A stretch of 64,000 bases of DNA, from IMG/VR virus record IMGVR_UViG_3300049060_000034, positions 2,743 through 66,742 of that record; one strand, 5' to 3'. Position numbers and translations under genes: made by a program. Source of the DNA: a virus (lineage: Duplodnaviria > Caudoviricetes). The stretch's first letter is position 1. Each line of letters starts with the position of its first letter. The notes below the pieces were generated by a model, which saw nothing but the letters and a program-made list of their open reading frames with translations, was not told where the DNA came from and searched no databases. This document shows positions 47,165-55,884 of the stretch, one piece after another.

Positions 47165-47643
47165 TCCAGTTGTGGTCGTACGAGGCGTTCGATTGAACGC
47201 AAATGGGATAAGACCGGACCGCTCGGAGCAGGGCGGGTATGGATTGAAGCACGCATCCCAAGGGTACCCACTTAGTAATGCTCTTATGGTGGGTGAAGCT
47301 AACCGGCCTTCGGCGTGCGGAGGTCGAGATGCAAGATTCCTGATAAATTCTGGTCCTTGTACGACCACTCAAGATGGTCCAGGGCACAATTCATCCCGGA
47401 GTCAACGTTCCCAACGGACGGTAACGGCTCCGGCCCCTGGGCCCGCAGTTGATGACCCGTGCCGGTCGAAAGGCCGGATGCCCAGTTCCCTTTTTTCTGG
47501 GCGTTACCCGACTAACCGAGTGATTTAGGGACACGGGTCATCTTTATGGGAGTTCCGGGTAGACACACAGGGCCGGTAGTACATCAAGTTGTGTCTCTTG
47601 ACAGGTACTAGCAGGAGGTGTCACTCCTGCGACTCCCCGCCCA

Positions 47644-47716
47644 GGGCCTATAGTTCAACTGGATAGAGCGCAGCCGTGCGAAGGCTGAGATCGAGGTTCG
47701 AATCCTCATAGGCCCA
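47644..47716 (+). tRNA. tRNA-Arg(GCG)
   Basis: GGGCCTA/TAGGCCC, CAGCC-GTGCGAA-GGCTG, TTCGAAT; Arg-type D-loop AACTGGATA. Confidence 0.8.
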
Positions 47717-47746
47717 TGTCCACTCACACTAACAAGGAGAACCCCA

Positions 47747-48151
47747 ATGGCAAATCAGTACATAGTCGTAGACGCGACTCGTAGCACCTACTATTTCGAC
47801 GAAGAGAGTTTTTATAATTTCGTTAACGAAGTGGATGAGGAGGACGATGATGATAAGATGGAATACATCTTTCTCGATCAGTTCCCTCTTCCAGACGATA
47901 ACTCGTCTCTTGACGATGACGATGACAAAGACTATGGCCGTGACGAGGACGGTCGCCCCATGGGAAATTATTGCCCCTTCTCAAATCTGTGGCCTTCGAA
48001 CGCCTTGTTCGTTCTCAAGAACGGGGCGACGTTCGTTCCAGGCAAGAAGCAGGCCACCAAGACAATAACGATCACGGAATATTGTGAGCCCGCCCCAAAG
48101 CCCAAGCGCACCCGGACTCCTGCCCAGAAGCAAGCCCGACGGAGGAGATGA
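47747..48151 (+). CDS. Acidic protein with basic C-tail
   Basis: AAGGAG RBS. Confidence 0.6.
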   Translation: MANQYIVVDATRSTYYFDEESFYNFVNEVDEEDDDDKMEYIFLDQFPLPDDNSSLDDDDDKDYGRDEDGRPMGNYCPFSNLWPSNALFVLKNGATFVPGKKQATKTITITEYCEPAPKPKRTRTPAQKQARRRR

Positions 48152-48431
48152 TTTGCTGCAACTGCGGCGGAGTATATAATCCGTATGGGATTTCTGAGGA
48201 GCAGGAAGGGTTCTGTTCCCGATGGTGCCTGGACAGGTATCTTAAACAGATTGACACTTGGTTCGAGCATCTTCGAGCCAAGATGAAAGCTTACCCGCCC
48301 GCCCGCAAGGGTCTCGACGGGTAGTAAGGCTGGGTCGGGGAACATGTCGCTGTATCCGTAAGGACAGTGGGTAGGTCAGGCTTATAAACCAAACGACTTG
48401 CTCGTCATGTATTGATCCTTCCCAGTCTTAG

Positions 48432-48504
48432 GGGACAGTAGCTCAGTTGGTAGAGCAATGGACTGAAAATCCATGTGTCGGTGGTTCAATTCCATCCTGT
48501 CCCA
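48432..48504 (+). tRNA. tRNA-Phe(GAA)
   Basis: Canonical cloverleaf, ATGGA-CTGAAAA-TCCAT. Confidence 0.9.
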
Positions 48505-48518
48505 TTGGAGGATGCGGT

Positions 48519-48743
48519 ATGAGAAAGTTTAAGATGGTCCTGTGGCTGGCCATGATATTCGTGGCTTGGTTCGTGTCATTGATGTCGATCTTGATCAACG
48601 TGGCCACGGCGGTCGTAGTCGTAGCGTTAGGGGCCCATCTCGTCATAAAGATTGTAGTCGTGGTAGCGGCGACTACCAGCGCGTTGGCTTGCGCCCAGCT
48701 TGCCGACCGACTGTTGCAAGTCAAAGAGCCCGACTTCGATTAG
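48519..48743 (+). CDS. Hydrophobic membrane protein
   Basis: GGAGG RBS before ATG 48519. Confidence 0.5.
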   Translation: MRKFKMVLWLAMIFVAWFVSLMSILINVATAVVVVALGAHLVIKIVVVVAATTSALACAQLADRLLQVKEPDFD

Positions 48744-48771
48744 GGGCGGGGATGCTTGCTTACCCGCCGAC

Positions 48772-48844
48772 GCGCCGGTCGTCTAAACGGTAGGACGTCG
48801 GTCAGTTAAACCGACATGTGCGGGTTCGAAACCCGTCCGGCGCA
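48772..48844 (+). tRNA. tRNA-Asn(GTT)-like with A33
   Basis: GCGCCGG/CCGGCGC, TCGGT-CAGTTAA-ACCGA, TTCGAAA. Confidence 0.65.
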
Positions 48845-48965
48845 ATAGGGTCAGGTAACTAGTTTGTTTGTCAAATCACACCCGTTCGACGGTAATAGCC
48901 TGACCCTTCTTCTCCACTCCCCTGAGTGGCAACACCAATCATTTTCAATCATAGGAGAAAGCATC

Positions 48966-49424
48966 ATGGGAAAACATGACGCCAAGGCTGCCGTTGCTAC
49001 GGCGCCCGACACTACCCCGGACGAGACTAAGGTCGAAACTCCGGCAACTGAAACCCCCGCGCCCGAGGCCCCAGCCGAAACTCCGGCTGAGACCCCGGCT
49101 GCCCAAGACAACAAGACCCTCGGCGAGATCATCGCCAACGCCCCCGAGGGCGCCGTCACTTCGACGACCGCCAAGATGCCGAAAGAAGTGGCATCTCTCA
49201 TCGGCACTCGCAGGTCGGTGGCCTTGAAACTCGGGGCCGTCCTGGGTTTGATGAGGGACCTCAAGGTGGACCTTCTTCAACTCATCGCCGAAGAAGCCAA
49301 GACGCTGAGGCCAGCCGAGAGGGATTCGTACTATTCCTTCGTCAAGTCCGGCGACTCCATCGAGAAGATGTCCAAGGAATGCATTCAGATCCTGACCGGC
49401 TCGTTCAAGCAGGAGCAGGACTAG
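48966..49424 (+). CDS. Hypothetical protein with PAET-rich disordered N-terminus
   Basis: AGGAG RBS before ATG 48966. Confidence 0.65.
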   Translation: MGKHDAKAAVATAPDTTPDETKVETPATETPAPEAPAETPAETPAAQDNKTLGEIIANAPEGAVTSTTAKMPKEVASLIGTRRSVALKLGAVLGLMRDLKVDLLQLIAEEAKTLRPAERDSYYSFVKSGDSIEKMSKECIQILTGSFKQEQD

Positions 49425-49744
49425 GTTACTCCTCCCAGGAGAGGGCCTTCGCGGCCCAGACATGGGCGTAAGCTCAAGTCACCACAGGCCCGGCCTCACC
49501 GGGCCTTTAACATCCACTCACTCCCCCACACTGCCCCCAGAGCGGAAGGGAGAATAACCGGGGGCCTATTGTGGCCCTGATTGGAGGTGGGAAATGGACT
49601 GGAAAGGGACTGAGCCACTTCCACCAACTCCCAAAAATAGCGGTCCGCTGTGGCTAATACTAGGCGCGGCGACTGTTATAGTTTGCGGTTGCCTTCTGTT
49701 CCTTGCGAACTCCTAACAGATAGGCGACGGATTGGGGGGAATAG

Positions 49745-50110
49745 GTGCGACATCGTCACACCAAAAATAAATTCCCTCGCCGTCCGTTTAAGACGAAGAC
49801 CGAATCCGGTGAAACGGTAACAGTCTATTATGAGAAGAATCCCAACGCCATGTATAGCCGGGAGAACGTTGAGTCTCTCGGCTTTCGGGCGCTCCTTCTC
49901 AAACAGTACGACTACCGAGTGCGGGGTACTGGAAAAAATCACTACCGTAAACTGCTGGACATCAAAGACCAGTGGGAATCGGGTGGCATGTCCCCGCCAC
50001 GGTACGTCCCGGCAAAAGGGTTCCTTATGCTGGGGCGGGTACTCGACTTTAGCAAAGGCGAGGTTGAGTTCAGACACAAGGACCACACCTCTCTACCACA
50101 ACTGCTGTGA
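49745..50110 (+). CDS. Basic hypothetical protein
   Basis: GTG start, GGGGGA RBS. Confidence 0.5.
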   Translation: MRHRHTKNKFPRRPFKTKTESGETVTVYYEKNPNAMYSRENVESLGFRALLLKQYDYRVRGTGKNHYRKLLDIKDQWESGGMSPPRYVPAKGFLMLGRVLDFSKGEVEFRHKDHTSLPQLL

Positions 50111-50266
50111 TAGGGGGGAGCAGGAGGGCCGTCCATGGGGCGGCATATTTATACCCAAGTGTATCATAACTATCAGGATACCCAGGGATGCGGTGGGGCC
50201 TTCGGGCCCCATCGTCATGGGAAGTTGGCCCGCTGAACGAGACCCATCTTTAAGAGAGGAATTACA

Positions 50267-50518
50267 ATGAGTGACGAAGTGAGGAACGGAGCGCCCTATG
50301 ATTTGATGCTTTCGTTCCCCGATCAAAACAAAGACTCCTTGATCTATACTTTTCCAGAGGCCGATGAACTCGTCACTGCGGTCGGGACGTTAGCCCTCAA
50401 GCACATCAAGGAGAACATCCGCAAAGGCAATGGACGCAGGATCGTGTTCGAGATTGTGGCCACCCCGCCTGAAGAGGAGGCCCCCCATGCTAGACCTGAT
50501 CCTGAGTGTACTGAGTAA
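50267..50518 (+). CDS. Hypothetical protein
   Basis: GAGG RBS. Confidence 0.55.
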   Translation: MSDEVRNGAPYDLMLSFPDQNKDSLIYTFPEADELVTAVGTLALKHIKENIRKGNGRRIVFEIVATPPEEEAPHARPDPECTE

Positions 50519-50621
50519 GACCCTTCTCCTACTACTGTGCCTGTTGCTATTCATAGGCCCCTTCGTAGGTCTCTTTGTGAAGAGACCCGACGACGACAAA
50601 GATAAGGAGGGAGATCAATGA
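50487..50621 (+). CDS. Small TM protein
   Basis: GAGGAGG RBS; hydrophobic. Confidence 0.45.
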   Translation: MLDLILSVLSKTLLLLLCLLLFIGPFVGLFVKRPDDDKDKEGDQ

Positions 50622-50706
50622 GGACAGTGTTGACCATGATAAGTGTGTCCTTCATGTTACTCTGTGTATCAGCCCTTCTTCTGTTAAAGTTCACAAGGAG
50701 GAATGA

Positions 50707-50988
50707 ATGATATATTCATACATCTTTGGCGCTGTCTTGGGCCTGTTCTTTTTGATCGGGTGCGTGAGGACGGCGCTATGTTGGCCCGCCGTCCGATTCG
50801 AGATGACGAGGCAGAGTCAGGAGCCTTCGATATTCGGCTACAGGGCTGCCGTACATTGGATACTGCCTCGGCCCCTATGTTATCTCATCTACTCCAGCGC
50901 ATGGATCATGTGGCGGAGGGAGTATAGGGACATGCGGGCCTCTTCGAAACTTGAGAGGCTCAGTGCAAAAACTAGAAATAACTCTTGA
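50707..50988 (+). CDS. Membrane protein
   Basis: AGGAGG RBS; hydrophobic segments. Confidence 0.5.
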   Translation: MIYSYIFGAVLGLFFLIGCVRTALCWPAVRFEMTRQSQEPSIFGYRAAVHWILPRPLCYLIYSSAWIMWRREYRDMRASSKLERLSAKTRNNS

Positions 50989-51556
50989 GGAGGCCATGCG
51001 TAGGGCATCGGGGATGCTCGTCAGGCGTGGCTACCAAGCGTCCGACAAGTGGACCAACAAGTATTACGAGGACAAAGAGAAGATGCCCTTGTGGTCGATG
51101 GCCCTTGTTGGACTGCCTAATACAAGGGTACTCCTTTGGCAAGGGAAGGATTATTGGCGGGCGGTCATCTGTGTACGGGTCGGTAAGGACGGCGAGTTTC
51201 CGCTTGCCGAAGCCATTATCACCCGGAACGGCATGACTAACAGGTTCATAAAGGCCAAGACCTTTCCCACCTTCGACAACATTGCCAAGGGCATACAGGA
51301 GACCGTTGATCAGGTGGCTAGGTGGAACTGGTCCTCCGCCTCGCCTTACGCCCACATAGCCCTGGCTCGGCTGTCCAATTACTTCATAGAACAGGGAGTG
51401 AATCGGAAAGCCATGGCCGTCAACAACGCCATCATCAGGGGCGAGATATTAGGAGCCACCATTAGTGAAGCCCTGAGTATGATTCAGGAGAAGTACGCCA
51501 AGTCCCGAGAGGATAGGTTGGCGTCGGCCCTGATTTGGGGGGAGGTCTACCGATGA
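50951..51556 (+). CDS. Hypothetical protein
   Basis: Long ORF in the coding direction; start uncertain. Confidence 0.55.
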   Translation: MRGSVQKLEITLEEAMRRASGMLVRRGYQASDKWTNKYYEDKEKMPLWSMALVGLPNTRVLLWQGKDYWRAVICVRVGKDGEFPLAEAIITRNGMTNRFIKAKTFPTFDNIAKGIQETVDQVARWNWSSASPYAHIALARLSNYFIEQGVNRKAMAVNNAIIRGEILGATISEALSMIQEKYAKSREDRLASALIWGEVYR

Positions 51557-52089
51557 GAGAAGTTGACGCGCTCAGAGCACTGATCGAGGAGAAGGAGAAT
51601 CAACTCCAACTCCAGACGGCTGAGATACGAACCATATCGGGAAGTTTAGAGGCCGAGTTAGTGAACGTGCAGAGGGCGGCGGATCAACTCAGGTCCTTGA
51701 GGGCCGAGTACGCTGACCTCAACAAACGTCACATCGACCACATGGAAAATCATGCGCGCCTCCGTGGGCGCTACGACCGGAAAGTGGCAGAGCTAGATCA
51801 GAGGCGGCGCGATCATGAGGCGATGCAGGCCCTGAATGAAATTCTGGTCAAGGACAACCTTGATCTCAGACAGAAAATCCAATCTTACACATTACAAGTG
51901 GAGCAACTCCAATCCCAGGTCAACTACTGGGAGAAGGAATCTGACTCCAACTGGAGACGGTACGAAGCGGTGGCAGTCGAGTACCGGAAGTTAGCAGCCA
52001 CGACGGAAGGGCTAACTCCTCAGAAGGAGGAGTCCTTATGTCAAAACGAAACGGTGACAGCATCTCCCTCCACCCCAAGTACGGATTAA
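51553..52089 (+). CDS. Coiled-coil protein
   Basis: GGAGG RBS; heptad pattern. Confidence 0.6.
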   Translation: MREVDALRALIEEKENQLQLQTAEIRTISGSLEAELVNVQRAADQLRSLRAEYADLNKRHIDHMENHARLRGRYDRKVAELDQRRRDHEAMQALNEILVKDNLDLRQKIQSYTLQVEQLQSQVNYWEKESDSNWRRYEAVAVEYRKLAATTEGLTPQKEESLCQNETVTASPSTPSTD

Positions 52090-52457
52090 ACCCCTCCGTG
52101 GGTATGTGCTTCTGGTGTGGAGAAGACACTGGGGAGATATTGCTGTACGGAAATCACATAAAGACGGAAGCGCCTATGAGGTCTGTGGCTTCGTACGCTC
52201 CTTGTGAGAAGTGCGCCGCCAAGTGGGAACAGGGGTTCGTCTTCATCGAAGCGGACACCCAACCCTTGGCGGAAGGACAGCCGGAGATCAGTCCGGGCGC
52301 TTACCCCACCGGCAACTACGCCGTCATAAATCCGGAAGCCGCCGTGAAGATAATGGGATTAGAGAGGAGCCGACAGGGCGCGTCTCTAATCAGTCGGGAG
52401 CAGTTCAAACTGCTGACCGAAAAAACTTCTGCGGAACTTCCAAATGACGACGGCTAA
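52038..52457 (+). CDS. Zinc-binding hypothetical protein
   Basis: AGGAGG RBS; CFWCG...CEKC. Confidence 0.65.
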   Translation: MSKRNGDSISLHPKYGLNPSVGMCFWCGEDTGEILLYGNHIKTEAPMRSVASYAPCEKCAAKWEQGFVFIEADTQPLAEGQPEISPGAYPTGNYAVINPEAAVKIMGLERSRQGASLISREQFKLLTEKTSAELPNDDG

Positions 52458-52485
52458 GGTTATAAAGGGGAAGTCGTTAAAAGTT

Positions 52486-52510
52486 GGGGGTCCTTTCGGG
52501 GACCCCCTTT
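52486..52510 (+). terminator. Terminator-like hairpin
   Basis: GGGGGTCC-TTTCG-GGACCCCC-TTT. Confidence 0.6.
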
Positions 52511-52541
52511 AGGTCAGGTAAATTGCTATGGAGAAAACCCT

Positions 52542-53243
52542 ATGAGCAATTATAGCGACTCCTCGGATAACTTCAAGCTTATTGAGGCGGCAAGAGTCGC
52601 CGGTGTATCAGTCCGTAATACCCGGATATTCTCCATGTTGTTGAATCAACTGGGGATAGACAACACCTTCCACGAATTTATTCTCGGTCTGATGGCAGCG
52701 GAGAATTGGGATTTAGTGGAAGGAATGCAAGAGGTCCCGTACAAGCGGATAGCTCGCAAGCTGGCCGCTGACGATGGACCTACCTTCCAGAAGGTCTACG
52801 AAAGAATTAAGAAGAACAAGCCTGAGTTCTTTAAGTGGCAAGAGAATCAGAGCTTTACCTTCATTGAATCAGAGACCACGCCCTACAGCGCGGGATCAAA
52901 AAAGACACACACCCTATATAGTTTTCCTTACTATCAGATCGTTCTAAAATTATTTAACCTTCCGGAAGGTCTTACAGAGAAGGAGCTTAGGCTCCGAGTC
53001 TACCAAGAAGCCCTTAAAATTAAGGGTGATGCCACGCCTGCCAAGAAGCGCCAGAAACGCCGTCGAAAGCCGGAATCCCTGGCGCGATCCATCCGCAAGA
53101 TGGTCAATGACCTAGTGGAAGAGGCCGGATCATTAGATCAGGCCGCCATCTTTGTCCAGGAGGCCGACCAAGCGTCGGACGGGGGCATAACCGTTCATGC
53201 TTTAGCAAATGCCCTTGTTGAGTCTAAAAGACTTGCAGTTTGA
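52542..53243 (+). CDS. Hypothetical DNA-binding/replication-initiator-like protein
   Basis: GGAG RBS; possible helix-turn-helix (VPYKRIARKLA); function inferred only. Confidence 0.45.
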   Translation: MSNYSDSSDNFKLIEAARVAGVSVRNTRIFSMLLNQLGIDNTFHEFILGLMAAENWDLVEGMQEVPYKRIARKLAADDGPTFQKVYERIKKNKPEFFKWQENQSFTFIESETTPYSAGSKKTHTLYSFPYYQIVLKLFNLPEGLTEKELRLRVYQEALKIKGDATPAKKRQKRRRKPESLARSIRKMVNDLVEEAGSLDQAAIFVQEADQASDGGITVHALANALVESKRLAV

Positions 53244-53253
53244 TGAGGAAAAA

Positions 53254-53329
53254 CATAGGGAAATTTTCCCTATCTCATCACCCTTATTACGGGGCTTACC
53301 CTCCATTATCTATATAATGGAGAGTAAGC
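53254..53329. promoter_or_regulatory. Bipartite palindromic element, copy 2
   Basis: CATAGGGAAATTTTCCCTAT identical to 32939; second inverted repeat overlapping TATAAT (53313). Confidence 0.7.
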
Positions 53330-53347
53330 AAACCTGAGGACATTAGA

Positions 53348-54172
53348 ATGGCAAGAAGATACGGGACCGCCACGGCAACAGCAACTTCCCAAATTATTCC
53401 CACAGCCGCTTTCGAGTGGATCACGGTCGAAAAGGCCAAAGTTCTCCTGGACCGGAACGTCCTAAACCGACGGTACCGGCCCAAGACTGCGGCCAAGTAC
53501 GCCCGAGATCTGGTCGCCGATAAGTGGATTACCACTCATGAGGGAATCGGGATCGACGTGGACGGCAACGTGTTCGACGGTCAGCACCGTCTCAACGCAA
53601 TCATCCTAGCGGACAAACCCATGTTCCTGCTCGTCGTCAGAAACCTGCCAAGGGAGGCGCGACTCGCGGTCGATCAAGGCATCCAACGGACCATCGACGA
53701 CGTGCTCAATAACAACGGCATCCCGGTCACCAAGCGGGAAGTCGGCATCTGCAAACTCATCCTAGGCCCAGGACCTTTTCGGTACACCAGGGCCGAGACC
53801 ATTGACATTTTCAAGCGGCATGAGGAGGCGATCCGGGCCACCAACGAGATGTTCTACGCCAGCAAGTGGCGTCTGACTCAGGCGTCGGTGATGGCGCCCT
53901 TCGCCAGGGCGTGGTACACCTACGACAAGAGAGAGTTGTCGAGGTTCGTCCGCGCCCTGCTAGAAGGCAGCTACCAGAGCACCGACGAGGCCCCGGCAAT
54001 CGCCCTCAGAGACTTTCTTAAAGAGAAGGTTCAGAAGACTTGCGGCGGGTCAGCCAAGAAAGAGATCTATTTCAAGACCGAGAGGGCGCTGTTTGCGTTC
54101 CTGAACGGCGAAAGAATAGGCAGGCTACACGCCGCGCCTCACGAAATGTTCCCACTGCCTGCGGACAAATAA
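53348..54172 (+). CDS. ParB-like/DGQHR-motif protein
   Basis: THEGIGIDVDGNVFDGQHRLNAII. Confidence 0.75.
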   Translation: MARRYGTATATATSQIIPTAAFEWITVEKAKVLLDRNVLNRRYRPKTAAKYARDLVADKWITTHEGIGIDVDGNVFDGQHRLNAIILADKPMFLLVVRNLPREARLAVDQGIQRTIDDVLNNNGIPVTKREVGICKLILGPGPFRYTRAETIDIFKRHEEAIRATNEMFYASKWRLTQASVMAPFARAWYTYDKRELSRFVRALLEGSYQSTDEAPAIALRDFLKEKVQKTCGGSAKKEIYFKTERALFAFLNGERIGRLHAAPHEMFPLPADK

Positions 54173-54182
54173 TTCACCTGAC

Positions 54183-54761
54183 ATGCTAGACAGCTTCCTC
54201 CAGAGAAGCCGGGCCAAACTGGCCGTGGCAGAACTCCTCGGTTTCTTGGACCGGTGGATCAGGAGGAGATTAAGGGAGATCACTGACGGAGAGCTATGGA
54301 TGATCAGCCGGGATTTCCACCAGAGATGTCGGGATCTGGTCACAGACGGCGACCCCAAGAAGACTCCTTCGATGGGTGCTCTGTACCGAATGTGGGCGGA
54401 GCACCCATTCAAAAAATATCTGGACGAGGAACAGACTCGGAGAGTAGACGAGATGGAGCGGTCCGACCCGGAGAGGTATTGGGGCATGCACTACCATTAC
54501 AATTTCTCCAAAGAAGAGGCGGACGATTTCATCGACTGGTGTTATAGTAAGGGAAGGTGCTTCCACAAAAATCCGGGATGTCACACCCTGAAGGAGCACA
54601 TAGAGATGTGGAAGAAGACTCGGAGGAAGATCCTGCCGGTGATGCCTCCCCTTCCCAAATCCAGTTTGCCGAGCAACGTATATGGACAGCGACCGTCGGG
54701 CCAAGTCGTTTCTCTTGGAAAAGCTCCAGCGGAAGCGGAGAAGGAAACGAACCGTCCGTAG
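54183..54761 (+). CDS. Hypothetical protein
   Basis: ORF track; coding direction. Confidence 0.5.
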   Translation: MLDSFLQRSRAKLAVAELLGFLDRWIRRRLREITDGELWMISRDFHQRCRDLVTDGDPKKTPSMGALYRMWAEHPFKKYLDEEQTRRVDEMERSDPERYWGMHYHYNFSKEEADDFIDWCYSKGRCFHKNPGCHTLKEHIEMWKKTRRKILPVMPPLPKSSLPSNVYGQRPSGQVVSLGKAPAEAEKETNRP

Positions 54762-54979
54762 GAGCGAAGAGAGGAAGGCGAAGGCCCTTTCAAAATCGAA
54801 GACCGTGAAGTCCAAGAGGGAAAGGAAGGACCGTCGAAGGCGGTTGTCGAAGGGCTTATGCACCCGATGTGGTAAGTACCCTCCGAAGGAAGGCCGTCGC
54901 AGATGCGACGAATGTAGTGAGAAGGGATTACAGTACATGACTGAGACTCGCTACCGACAGTCGATCACGGAGGACGACA

Positions 54980-55201
54980 ATGATCGGTAACACCGACCCC
55001 GTCCTTGTACGTTTAGAGATTGAATTCAAGATCATAGCGGGCGAACTGAGCATTTTCGAGCAGAACGCCTTGGATCTTGAACTGGAGAAGCTGATCACAA
55101 TGTGGGGTGATCAAGCTATACAGGCCAGACTTATGGTCCTGCTGCACAAGTTGGAGAATCCTACATATGCAAAAGAGAACACTCCCAGACGGAACCGTTG
55201 A
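54980..55201 (+). CDS. Hypothetical protein
   Basis: GGAGG RBS. Confidence 0.5.
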   Translation: MIGNTDPVLVRLEIEFKIIAGELSIFEQNALDLELEKLITMWGDQAIQARLMVLLHKLENPTYAKENTPRRNR

Positions 55202-55646
55202 AGTTTGGGATAACGGCCTACTTGATTGGAGGCCGATGAGGCTCGCCGACGGCCAATATCCTGAGTGGCCCATACAGCCCACGAAGTTGTTGTTCCTGTG
55301 TCCCGAGTGTAAGTCTCACGTCCAGAAGGTAACCTACTTCACAGCTTGGGAGATCGAGGACGTGGACCCAGATGACGGGATGGAGGAGGACGGCGTGGTG
55401 GACGGCGAGAAGATGGACATCAACGAGATTGTCTACAGGTGCGCCGCCGCCTCCTGCGGATGGGAGGCCGGACAAGAATGGTGGGACAAGATCGACGATG
55501 GAGAAATCGAAGAAACAAAAGACCAAATCAAAGTCGTCGCGTTCGACATCGAAACGCCGGTCAAGCCTCCCGTTCAGCTTGACCTCTGGCCACCAAAAGA
55601 AACCTTCAGCGGCTGGTTCAGGCTCGGAGGATCGGACCAGAGTTAA
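55167..55646 (+). CDS. Zinc-ribbon acidic protein
   Basis: GGAG RBS; CPEC...CAAASC. Confidence 0.55.
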   Translation: MQKRTLPDGTVEVWDNGLLDWRPMRLADGQYPEWPIQPTKLLFLCPECKSHVQKVTYFTAWEIEDVDPDDGMEEDGVVDGEKMDINEIVYRCAAASCGWEAGQEWWDKIDDGEIEETKDQIKVVAFDIETPVKPPVQLDLWPPKETFSGWFRLGGSDQS

Positions 55647-55872
55647 CGGCTACTTCATAGAGGCCCTGAGGGGTGAGGCTTTCGGGCCCCACCCCGGCCT
55701 CGCGGACGTGCGGCTCAAGTTGTACTTGTACAACTCGATAGCGAAGAGGGAGATTAGGCTCCCTGGTAAGCAGATCGACCTGCTGATCGGCTCGCCCGGA
55801 GAGGTCGATGAACTGCTTAAGGTGATCCGCAAGGCAATCGAAGATTGGATTCGCGGGTACACCACGGTGTGA
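55372..55872 (+). CDS. Hypothetical protein (only the last about 80 codons look coding; start uncertain)
   Basis: C-terminal part fills the gap before the nuclease gene. Confidence 0.3.
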   Translation: MTGWRRTAWWTARRWTSTRLSTGAPPPPADGRPDKNGGTRSTMEKSKKQKTKSKSSRSTSKRRSSLPFSLTSGHQKKPSAAGSGSEDRTRVNGYFIEALRGEAFGPHPGLADVRLKLYLYNSIAKREIRLPGKQIDLLIGSPGEVDELLKVIRKAIEDWIRGYTTV

Positions 55873-55884
55873 TATATTCCTGGA

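Noticed and set aside
46910-47175. CRISPR array
   Set aside because: Units are not identical direct repeats with constant-length unique spacers; conservation is structural; no cas operon
47039-47528. Track ORFs 47039..47368, 47100..47387 and 47121..47528
   Set aside because: They overlap a region better explained by covarying RNA helices; no RBS; implausible composition
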